A DNA stretch of 42,708 nucleotides, taken from a virus. Its lineage: Duplodnaviria > Caudoviricetes. Position 1 is the stretch's first letter. Each line of letters starts with the position of its first letter. The notes beneath the pieces were generated by a model. That model was not told where the DNA came from and searched no databases. It was given only the letters and a program-made list of their open reading frames with translations. Both the position numbers and the translations under genes were made by a program. This document shows, one piece after another, positions 34,804 through 42,708 of this stretch. The stretch spans positions 1 to 42,708 of IMG/VR virus record IMGVR_UViG_3300042195_000141; one strand, written 5' to 3'.

Positions 34804-35265
34804 ATGACTCAGGCAGTCGCAGGCCATGGCGCTACGATCGCCATGGAGCTGGACCCCACCGGCTCCCCGGGGGACTTCACCGTCATCGCCGAGCTGAACG
34901 GGGACATCACGTTCCCGGAGCTGAGCCGCGGGGAGACCGAGGTCACCCCGCACCAGGACAACATCGACTCGTGGGTGCTGGGGATCCTACGCCGGGGACC
35001 GCTGTCGTTCTCGGTGAACTGGATCTTCGACGACGGAACCCACGACCATCTCACCGGCCTGCTCAAGTCGATCAAGGACAACCAGGTCCGCGGCTACCGC
35101 CTGCGCGGCCCCGGCGGCACGGACGACACGGACGAGTGGCTCGCCTCCGGACAGGTCCAGGCCGTCACCCAGACCAACCCGGTCCGGGAGGGCGCGCGCA
35201 CGAGCGACGTCACCGTACGACTGAGCGGCCCGATGATCGTCGACGGTGTCCCCTACGGGGCGTAG
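34804..35265 (+). CDS. major tail tube protein
   Basis: FTVIAELNGDITFPELSRGETEVTPH...G.LSFSVNW; GGAGG RBS; synteny. Confidence 0.85.
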   Translation: MTQAVAGHGATIAMELDPTGSPGDFTVIAELNGDITFPELSRGETEVTPHQDNIDSWVLGILRRGPLSFSVNWIFDDGTHDHLTGLLKSIKDNQVRGYRLRGPGGTDDTDEWLASGQVQAVTQTNPVREGARTSDVTVRLSGPMIVDGVPYGA

Positions 35266-35301
35266 GCGCCAGCGGCAAAAGAAAGGAAGCTAATCCTAAC
35301 C

Positions 35302-35784
35302 ATGAAAGGAACAATCGAAGTGAACGACGTAAGCAGCAGCACCGCCGAAGTGGAAGTGGAAGCGCCCCCGGCCCACCTGCATTCCGCGGGTCGCCGTCCA
35401 TCGCTCCGGGCCGAGGACCTGATCGGCCTCTCGCAGAGGCTGAAGGCCGTCACGGTAAACGACCCGGAGGACGGCAGCGAGTTCGGCACGGTATATATCC
35501 GGCCGATCTCGGCCGGCCAGATGATCGATTTCATGAAGGAGCACAAACGCGACGAGTACGCCGCGGGCCTGAAGTTGATCGCCGCTGCCGTCGTGGACGA
35601 GAATGGGGAGCTGCTCTTCACCGAGCAGCAGGCCCGATGGATTCCGTTCAAGACGTTCGGCGTCCTGCAGGGCGCCGTACAGGACGCCCTCGGGCTCGGA
35701 GCGGCCGGCAACGAGGGTGAGGAGGGAGCCGAGGACCCTTCACGGGCGATGGCGGAGAGTGGCGACTCTTCCTCTATCGCCTAG
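35302..35784 (+). CDS. tail assembly chaperone (gpG-like)
   Basis: GTVYIRPISAG...AVVDENGELLFT; between tube and tape measure. Confidence 0.8.
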   Translation: MKGTIEVNDVSSSTAEVEVEAPPAHLHSAGRRPSLRAEDLIGLSQRLKAVTVNDPEDGSEFGTVYIRPISAGQMIDFMKEHKRDEYAAGLKLIAAAVVDENGELLFTEQQARWIPFKTFGVLQGAVQDALGLGAAGNEGEEGAEDPSRAMAESGDSSSIA

Positions 35785-36140
35785 CGCTATCACTCGGGAT
35801 CTGGGACGTTGAGGATTGGCTCTACCGCATCTCCTGGCAGCAGGCGCGAATCTGGCTGAAGTACTCCAGGGTCGAGCCATTCGGCGAGGAGCGAGCTGAC
35901 CTCAGGGCCGGGATAGTGGCGTCAGTCGTTGCGAATGCTAACCGAGACCCGCGGAAGGGTAGGGCGTTCGAGCCGAGGGACTTCATGCCCGAGTTCGGGC
36001 CTGCCGCGATCTCCCAGGGGGGTGGGCGCCGCCGCGGCGCCGGCAAGCGTGACCCGCTTACCGATCCGGAACACTGGCGGGCCCTCAAGGCGCGCCACAA
36101 ACGGGATCTGGCCCGCGCCGAGCACGGTATAAGACGATGA
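35739..36140 (+). CDS. tail assembly chaperone gpT part, expressed by -1 frameshift
   Basis: The -1 frame is open 35721-36140: FLYRLALSLG...EPFGEERADLRAGIVASVVANANR...DFMP (gpT/DUF4035-like); no own RBS/start at its 5' end. Confidence 0.8.
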   Translation, partial: FTGDGGEWRLFLYRLALSLGIWDVEDWLYRISWQQARIWLKYSRVEPFGEERADLRAGIVASVVANANRDPRKGRAFEPRDFMPEFGPAAISQGGGRRRGAGKRDPLTDPEHWRALKARHKRDLARAEHGIRR

Positions 36141-39100
36141 ACATCGGGACCGTCGAGGGGACTCTCAGGCTACGCGACGAGTTCACCTCGCGGTTGAAGC
36201 TAGCGGCGTCCCAGCTCCAGGAGACGGGCAAGCGGATGGAGCAGGTCGGCCGGGGGATGTCCTCGGCCGGCGCTGCCCTAACGAAGTCCCTTACACTGCC
36301 GCTGGCCCTGATCGGCGGGGGCGCCGTAAGGGCGTTCGGAGACTTCGACGCTGCCATGACGAAGTCCCTGGCCATCATGGGCCAGGTGGACGAAGCCATG
36401 CGCACCCGGATGGCGACCGCGGCGCGCGAAGTGGCCAAGGAGACGAAGTTCTCCGCCACGCAGGCGGCGGAGTCGTACTTCTTCCTGGCGAGCGCGGGCC
36501 TCGACGCCGCCACCTCGGTCGCGGCCCTCCCGAAGGTCGCCCGGTTCGCACAGGCCGGCATGTTCGACATGGCGCTCGCCACGGACTTGCTCACGGACGC
36601 CCAGTCGGCGCTCGGCCTTACGATCCGAGACGACGTCACGGCCAATATGGAGAACCTTGCCCGCGTCTCCGACGTGCTGGTAAAGGCCAACACGTTGGCG
36701 AACGCCACGGTCGAGCAGTTCTCGACGTCGCTCACCACGGAGGCGGGCGCCGCGCTCAAGTCCTTCAACGTCGACGTCGAGGAGGGCGTGGCGGTCCTCG
36801 CCGCGTTCGCGGACCAGGGCGTAAAGGGCCAGGTCGCCGGCACGGGCCTGAGCCGCATCTTGCGGTTGATGACTACTGCCGCCGTCGAGAACGCCGACGC
36901 GTACGAGCGGCTGGGAGTGGAGGTTTTCGACTCGGCCGGTAATATCGTGAACCTCGCCGAGATCGTCGAGGACCTGGAGCAGGCCCTCGGCGGACTAAGC
37001 GACGCTGAACGCGTCGCGGCCTTGCAGGCCCTGGGGTTCCAGGCGCGAATCCAGGGCGTGATCCTACCCCTGTTGGGCACCTCCGACGCGATCCGGCGAT
37101 ATGAAAAGGAGCTGCGGGCCGCGGGCGGAACGACGGAGACGGTGGCCGATAAACAGATGGAGGCCCTGCTGGTCAAGCTCGGGCTTCTAAAGGATAAGTT
37201 CGTAGACGCATTTATCACCCTTGGTTCAGCTATCGCTCCGTCTATCATTGCCTTTTCAAATACCGTTCTAATCCCGTTGATCGAGCTTCTGGGCCGCCTG
37301 AGTGAGCGGTTTTCAGACCTGCCGGCTCCGGTCCGGCACGTGGCCCTGGTGGTGGCCACGCTCGCGGCGGCGGCGGGGCCGGTCCTATTCCTCTCGGGCC
37401 AGCTCGTAGGGTCCTGGGCTACGCTCGTACTGTTCGCGCCGCGTGTCGCCGGGGCGATCTCGCTAGTTGGCGGCCGGTTCACCGCGCTCGCCGTGGCGGG
37501 CGGCCCGTTGTTCCTGGTAATCGCGGCCCTGACCGCGATCAACGAGCTGATCAAGAAGGTCGGGGACTCGTTTGTCGAGGAGACGAATCGCATTGTCCAG
37601 CAGACGAACCGATTCCGCGAGCCGGTAGCGGCGCTCGCGGAGCAGGTCGAGTCCGGGATCATCGACGTAGCCGTGATCAAGCGGGCGGAAACGGCTTTCA
37701 ACGAGCTGGTCGACGAACGCATGAAGGCCCAGAAGCGGCTGGAGGATTTCATCGAGTCCGGCGGGAAGAAGCTCGCGGAGCAGGGCTCCCGGAGCCACCA
37801 GAAGCGCTTGCATGAGCTCGAAGCCGAATCGAGCCAGTACGAGAACCAGGAGGCTCAGCTCTACCGGCTCATAGAGCGGGCCAGCCTTTTGGCTAAGACC
37901 AAGTCGGACGGCGCGGGCGAACCTCCCATCCTCGACAAGAACGATTTAAAGGCGCAGGCGGAGGCGCTCGACCTGGTCCTGGGCATCCTTTCCCCGCTAC
38001 GGGAAGCGTCGGAATCCCTGGCGCGCCAGAACGAAGCGCTCCAGCTGGCCAAGACCGCCGAGGAATTCGAGCTGGTGGCCCTGGCGGTGGAGATGGGGAT
38101 CGATCCGGTAGCCGCGCTCAACGAGAGCTTCACGGTGGCCGGCATCAACATCCGGGAACGCCTCGAGAATATCCGCGACCTCCGCAAGGGCGTGGACGAG
38201 AACACCCGCGCCTGGGAGGAGTGGGAAGAACAGATCGGCGCCGCGGCCGATCGCTACACGCGGATAGAACTGGACCCTAAGTTCTTCGAGGGGATCGAGC
38301 TGCCGGATCCGATCGAGCCGTCAGGCTTCTTCAACGGGGCAGCGTTTGGCGACTACTTCGAGCAGATGGGCGAAGACCTCAAGGATCACATGTCGAGCGG
38401 CCTGCAGGAACGGCTCGACGCCATCTGGGCGAACTCCGCCCGTAATATGCAGGAGGCGTTCGGCGACGCGATCACGAGCTTCTTGCGTCAAGGCGAGGTG
38501 GATTTCGAAAGCTTTTTCGACACTATCGCAGGCATTGGCGCCACGATGCTCAGCGAGCAGCTATCGGCGGCGATCACGGCGATCTTCCAGGGCAACAAGG
38601 GCGCGTTCGGCGAACTCCGGAAGTCCATGGAGCAGTTTTCCTCTACGGCCTCCGGGATGGCCGCGCTCGGGCTCGGTACGATCGCGACGATCGCGACGGC
38701 CGAGAACCCGGACTATGCCGCGGTAGGGGCCGCATTGGGGGCCGCCGTCGGAGCGGGGCTCGCGTCGTACGCCTTGGGCGGCATGGGCACGGCCCAGGGC
38801 GCCGCCTGGGGAGCCCAGATCGGAGCGATGCTGGGCTCGATGATCAAGAAGGGGGCCCCGAAGTTCTTCGCGACCTTGGAGGGTGAGCTCGGCCAGGTTG
38901 ACTTCGCGGGGTCCCTCGCGGCCCTGGCCCCCGGTATCGGAGACGAGCTCCAGGCCGGGATCGAGAAGGTGGCCGCCCACCTGGGCGGTGAGTTCCGGTC
39001 CCTGGCGGCCGGGATCACCTTCGAGACCCGCGAGGGCATGAAGGTCGTGGTGGGCGGCATCGCCCATTACTTCGAGAAGGGCGACTGGGCAAGCGGCATC

Positions 39101-41377
39101 CAGTTCGCCATCGTAGAAGCCCTCAAGCGAGCCGATATTACCGGGATCAGCGCGGAGGCCAAGGCCGCCCTGCAGAATACCGTCGCCGACACGATGGAGG
39201 AGCTACTGTCGGACCTGGACTTTGCGCGGTTCGTCGAAACACTCGGCATGGACGAGGTCGCCGTCAAGCTCGATGATTTCGCGCTGAAGTTCTCCGAGAC
39301 GTGGACCCGAATGGTCGACCTCGGGATCGACGGCGCGGAGCGTCTCGAGCGGTGGGCGGTGGAGTCGCTGGAATCCCAGCGGAACGCCATACTTGGGATT
39401 ACCGAGACCGAGGAGGAGCGTATTCGGCGCCAGGCCGCGGCCTTCAACCACCAGCTGAAGATCCTGGAGGCTGAGCAGCTCGCGCGACGCGCGGACCTAC
39501 TCATGCGCCGGGCGGAGCTTGAGGCCGATCTCAAGATTTCCGAGGGGCACGCCGCCCTCGTGGAGCACCGGCTGCGCGTTGACGGGGCGTTTTTGGCCGC
39601 CGAGTCGGAGCTAGTAAAGGCGAAGATCGCTCTCTACACCGCGACCCTCCAGGCCCTGGAAGCCATCGACGCCCTGCTCGCTTCGCTGCCCGGCATGGAG
39701 ATCTCCCTGGGGGATGTCAACGCTGCCGTACGGCGGGCCGGCGGCGGCTTCAACAAGGCCAAAGCCGACGCCGAGCGCCTGGAAGAGATGCTCGCGTCTT
39801 CGGCGCGCCAGGGTATGGGCGAGTGGCAGGGGCGGCTCGTGGACATCAACGAGCACTGGGACGATGCAATCCCACTCGCCCACAAGAACGCCGAGGCGCT
39901 GGAGCGTATCGCCGACGCCCGCGAGCGCGAGACGGCGGCCCTGCGGGAACAGCTTCGCACAGAGGTCGAGCCGTTCCTGCCGGGGATCCAGCTCGGAGGG
40001 TTCAGCCCGGACGGTTCGGCGCTCAACGTCGATACCGGAGAGTGGGCTGCCCGGGTGGAGGAGATCATCGGGTGGTCCGAAGATCTCGCCGAGGCGAACC
40101 TAGCCATGCTCGAGGAGACCGGCATGGCCGCCTTCACGGCCGAGGAGCTGGCCGCCGCAACGCATATGCGGATGGTAGGCCTCGCTGAAGAAGCCATTGG
40201 GTCCCTCGGCCTGCCCCTGGAGCAAACGCGTGAGCAGCTCCGCCAGCTCGGGCAAGCTTTGGCGTTTTTGGAAAGCCAGGTTGCCGCCGGGATCATCAGC
40301 CAGGGGCGCTACGCGGATGTGGTGGCCCAGGTCGCGCAACAGCAGTTCCTCGCCCTCGGCGACGCGCTCCTGGGGTTCCTCGATCGCTACTACGGCGACG
40401 TGGCGGGGTACGAGGACTTCCGGCAGCGCCTGGAGATGACCCGCTTCCAGCTCGAGCTGGCGAACTTAAGGCTCCAGTTCGAGCTGGTCAAGGGCCTACG
40501 CATCCTCACCGACGAGACGGTCGCCTTCATCGAGGATACCTTCGACTGGATCGACGCTAATTTGCCGGAGTTCCCGGTCCCCGGCACGGGCGCCGGCGGG
40601 GGCGGCGGCGGGCTCGCGAACGTGGTGCCGATAAACTCGCATCCGGACTTCCAGCGCGAGCGTGACCGAGCCCGGGAGATGCTCGAGGGGTTCCGTCGTG
40701 AGGGCATGGACCCCCTGACCCGCGCCCTAATGGAGCTGGAAGAGAGTTTCGACTTTATCCGCCAGCAGCTCGGGAACACGGCCGAGGTCCAGGCGGAGTA
40801 CGCGGCGGCCCTCGAGCGGATCATGCGGCAGCACCTGGAGGGGATCGCGGACCTCCAGCAGGACCTGTTCCTCGGATCGGACAGCCCGTTCTCGGTCGCG
40901 GACCGCCTCGCGACGTCGCGCCAGCTATTCGAATCGGCCGTCGCGAGGTTCCAGGCCGGCGACCTGAGCGTGATTAGCGAGATCCCCCAACTCGTACAGC
41001 AGTATTTGGCCGCGGCCCGGGAGTTCTTCCCGCAAGGCTCCGCCGGGTACGAGGCGATCTTCCGCCTCGTAAACGGATTCTTGAACGAGGTGCTGGCGAC
41101 CGGGAACCTGCCGGGCCTACAGATCCCCGGCCCGCCGCCGGCCGGCGGCTCACTACCGGGTCTTGGCCCGGGCGGCGCCTCACCGTTCCAGGCGCCGGGG
41201 GGTAGTAGTGGGCAGCAGCTCTACTCTATCGACGGTGGGCAGATCTCACAGGCCCAGCAGGATGGTAACGCATTGCTACGCTCGATCGATTTCCGGATGC
41301 GGGATCTAGTGGTCCTGCACCGGGACGGTAACCGACTACTTACCAACGCCCGGCCAATGGCCTCCGAGGTGGCCTAA
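36137..41377 (+). CDS. tape measure protein (TP901-type core)
   Basis: 1746 aa, Ala-rich helical; TKFSATQAAESYFFLASAG, GVKGQVAGTGL; follows the chaperones. Confidence 0.93.
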   Translation: MNIGTVEGTLRLRDEFTSRLKLAASQLQETGKRMEQVGRGMSSAGAALTKSLTLPLALIGGGAVRAFGDFDAAMTKSLAIMGQVDEAMRTRMATAAREVAKETKFSATQAAESYFFLASAGLDAATSVAALPKVARFAQAGMFDMALATDLLTDAQSALGLTIRDDVTANMENLARVSDVLVKANTLANATVEQFSTSLTTEAGAALKSFNVDVEEGVAVLAAFADQGVKGQVAGTGLSRILRLMTTAAVENADAYERLGVEVFDSAGNIVNLAEIVEDLEQALGGLSDAERVAALQALGFQARIQGVILPLLGTSDAIRRYEKELRAAGGTTETVADKQMEALLVKLGLLKDKFVDAFITLGSAIAPSIIAFSNTVLIPLIELLGRLSERFSDLPAPVRHVALVVATLAAAAGPVLFLSGQLVGSWATLVLFAPRVAGAISLVGGRFTALAVAGGPLFLVIAALTAINELIKKVGDSFVEETNRIVQQTNRFREPVAALAEQVESGIIDVAVIKRAETAFNELVDERMKAQKRLEDFIESGGKKLAEQGSRSHQKRLHELEAESSQYENQEAQLYRLIERASLLAKTKSDGAGEPPILDKNDLKAQAEALDLVLGILSPLREASESLARQNEALQLAKTAEEFELVALAVEMGIDPVAALNESFTVAGINIRERLENIRDLRKGVDENTRAWEEWEEQIGAAADRYTRIELDPKFFEGIELPDPIEPSGFFNGAAFGDYFEQMGEDLKDHMSSGLQERLDAIWANSARNMQEAFGDAITSFLRQGEVDFESFFDTIAGIGATMLSEQLSAAITAIFQGNKGAFGELRKSMEQFSSTASGMAALGLGTIATIATAENPDYAAVGAALGAAVGAGLASYALGGMGTAQGAAWGAQIGAMLGSMIKKGAPKFFATLEGELGQVDFAGSLAALAPGIGDELQAGIEKVAAHLGGEFRSLAAGITFETREGMKVVVGGIAHYFEKGDWASGIQFAIVEALKRADITGISAEAKAALQNTVADTMEELLSDLDFARFVETLGMDEVAVKLDDFALKFSETWTRMVDLGIDGAERLERWAVESLESQRNAILGITETEEERIRRQAAAFNHQLKILEAEQLARRADLLMRRAELEADLKISEGHAALVEHRLRVDGAFLAAESELVKAKIALYTATLQALEAIDALLASLPGMEISLGDVNAAVRRAGGGFNKAKADAERLEEMLASSARQGMGEWQGRLVDINEHWDDAIPLAHKNAEALERIADARERETAALREQLRTEVEPFLPGIQLGGFSPDGSALNVDTGEWAARVEEIIGWSEDLAEANLAMLEETGMAAFTAEELAAATHMRMVGLAEEAIGSLGLPLEQTREQLRQLGQALAFLESQVAAGIISQGRYADVVAQVAQQQFLALGDALLGFLDRYYGDVAGYEDFRQRLEMTRFQLELANLRLQFELVKGLRILTDETVAFIEDTFDWIDANLPEFPVPGTGAGGGGGGLANVVPINSHPDFQRERDRAREMLEGFRREGMDPLTRALMELEESFDFIRQQLGNTAEVQAEYAAALERIMRQHLEGIADLQQDLFLGSDSPFSVADRLATSRQLFESAVARFQAGDLSVISEIPQLVQQYLAAAREFFPQGSAGYEAIFRLVNGFLNEVLATGNLPGLQIPGPPPAGGSLPGLGPGGASPFQAPGGSSGQQLYSIDGGQISQAQQDGNALLRSIDFRMRDLVVLHRDGNRLLTNARPMASEVA

Positions 41378-41380
41378 GAA

Positions 41381-42661
41381 ATGGGTAGCCAGCCCTATCT
41401 ATTCGCCGAAGGTCTTCCATCCACGACCGCCGAGGACTCCCAGCCGGCCCTGCAGGCTTGGGTAGACGCAGCACAGCAGGTTACCGGCGTGTCCCGGCTC
41501 GTACTCCCTCGCCGACGCCACCTGCGGCTCGATGCCCCGCTGGTCATCCAGCACGGTTCAGCCAGCCCCGCGGATCCCCGGCGAGAGCTGTCCCTGGACG
41601 GAAACGGCTGCACCCTGCACCCGACGTTCGGGGGTGGGCCCGCGGCTGCGGCCGTCGTCGTGAAGCCCCGATGCCTGCGCGCCGATGCCTCCACCGGCCG
41701 CGGCGAGGCGCAGATTCAGATCCGGAGCCTGGGTGTCGCGGCGGACCTCGAGCCGACCGCAAGGGCGCTCCAGTGGGGAGAGCCGGGATACCAGTGCTCG
41801 GCGTTCCCATGGTCGAGGCTGGAGGACGTATTGGTCGACGGGTTCAGCCGGGCCGACGCCGTCCGCATCCAATCCGCCCGGCACGTAGCGCTCCGGGATG
41901 TGGTACTGCGGTCCGGGGCGGGCCTACAGATCGTCAATGAAACACCGGGCGACTTCTGCGGTGACCTAAGCCTGTCGAACGTCGAACTCGCCGGCTCGAC
42001 CGCCGTCCGGCCGCTCGACGTGATCGCGGACGGCGCCACGCTGACCGAGGTCCGTGGCCTACACCTGGAACGCGTGACGGTCTACGGGGCGGGGGCACGG
42101 ATCGTGACCAAGAACGCCGGCCGGGTGGCCGATGTGACGTGGGTCGGCCCGCACTTCGACGGCCCCTCCGCCGCCGCCGGCGAGCACGCTCTGGAGCTGA
42201 ACGCCTTCGGTACCGCCTCCCAGATCATGGGGGTCGAGCTGTTGGGGCCGCGGGTGACCAGCTACCTCGGCTGCGCCCTGAGGCAGATCGGCAACGGGAC
42301 GTTCCGCAACTTGGCGTGGCGGGGCGGCGAGGTCCGGACGGTCCGGCCGCAGGGCACGCTGCCGCAGGCAGCGTTCGTCTTCGCCGCGGGCGGGGGTTTC
42401 CGGCTCGAGGGCGTTCAGGCTTGGGGCTGCGAGGCGCAGGCGCTGGTGAACGTCCAGGCCGCGGGACGGCCGGCCACGAACTGGTCCGTGGATCGGCTCA
42501 GCTCGGAGGCCGGCGCGATAGGAACTGGAGTGTTCGTGACCGTGGCCGCGCACGACGGCTACCGTATCGTAGGGTGCCGCGGCGAGTGGTCCACTGCGGT
42601 GTTCGACGGTGGGACCGGAACGAATAAGAGCGTGGGGGAGAATCTAACCCTGGTATCGTAA
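41381..42661 (+). CDS. pectate-lyase-like beta-helix protein (tailspike/depolymerase candidate)
   Basis: EDSQPALQAWVDAA...LVLP...LRLDAPL...LSLDGNG N-cap followed by beta-helix-like rungs. Confidence 0.65.
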   Translation: MGSQPYLFAEGLPSTTAEDSQPALQAWVDAAQQVTGVSRLVLPRRRHLRLDAPLVIQHGSASPADPRRELSLDGNGCTLHPTFGGGPAAAAVVVKPRCLRADASTGRGEAQIQIRSLGVAADLEPTARALQWGEPGYQCSAFPWSRLEDVLVDGFSRADAVRIQSARHVALRDVVLRSGAGLQIVNETPGDFCGDLSLSNVELAGSTAVRPLDVIADGATLTEVRGLHLERVTVYGAGARIVTKNAGRVADVTWVGPHFDGPSAAAGEHALELNAFGTASQIMGVELLGPRVTSYLGCALRQIGNGTFRNLAWRGGEVRTVRPQGTLPQAAFVFAAGGGFRLEGVQAWGCEAQALVNVQAAGRPATNWSVDRLSSEAGAIGTGVFVTVAAHDGYRIVGCRGEWSTAVFDGGTGTNKSVGENLTLVS

Positions 42662-42708
42662 GGGAGGTGGACCGTTATACTTCGAGCTAGGGGGGCCAGG
42701 GGGGGTAA

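Noticed and set aside
36085-37752. Long antisense ORFs (e.g. 36085..37752, 25519..26589, 20987..21910, 9866..10657, 7063..7917)
   Set aside because: Shadow frames of high-GC coding genes with Ser/Arg/Ala-biased translations and no motifs.

Overview
This 42.7-kb, very GC-rich window is part of a tailed dsDNA phage or prophage of siphovirus type; the host cannot be determined from the sequence. Left to right it carries: small early/late ORFs, terS (864-1451) and terL (3857-5353); a ~14.5-kb accessory island separating terL from the portal; then a portal-MuF fusion, prohead protease/scaffold, decoration protein, HK97-fold major capsid, head-tail connectors, an inserted six-gene glycan-modification cluster, neck, tail terminator, tail tube, frameshifted tail chaperones, tape measure and a beta-helix protein. 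The most striking element is a sigma70-driven operon at ~8690-12775. It holds a structured leader, an atypical tRNA (CGA anticodon on a short-variable-arm, Phe-like body) and three tandem Y-RNA-like ncRNAs that share one covarying 'handle' (6-bp stem, YACT/GACTC internal loop, ~8-bp stem, TACA...AAC). Two of these carry circularly permuted tRNA mimics opened at different positions: one keeps an Arg-UCU anticodon loop, the other is class-II-like and opened in the variable arm. They are followed by a Ro60/TROVE-vWA gene, a coiled-coil partner, a D-arm-reduced tRNA-fMet, a remnant of an RlaP-type nucleotidyltransferase interrupted by a broken C5-methyltransferase, and a cyclic-phosphate-processing receiver (cREC) gene. 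Together these suggest a phage RNA-repair/tRNA-decoy ribonucleoprotein system. The island also has a triplicated promoter/RBS cassette and several internally deleted or frameshifted genes. All protein calls come from motif recognition by eye; no database searches were run.
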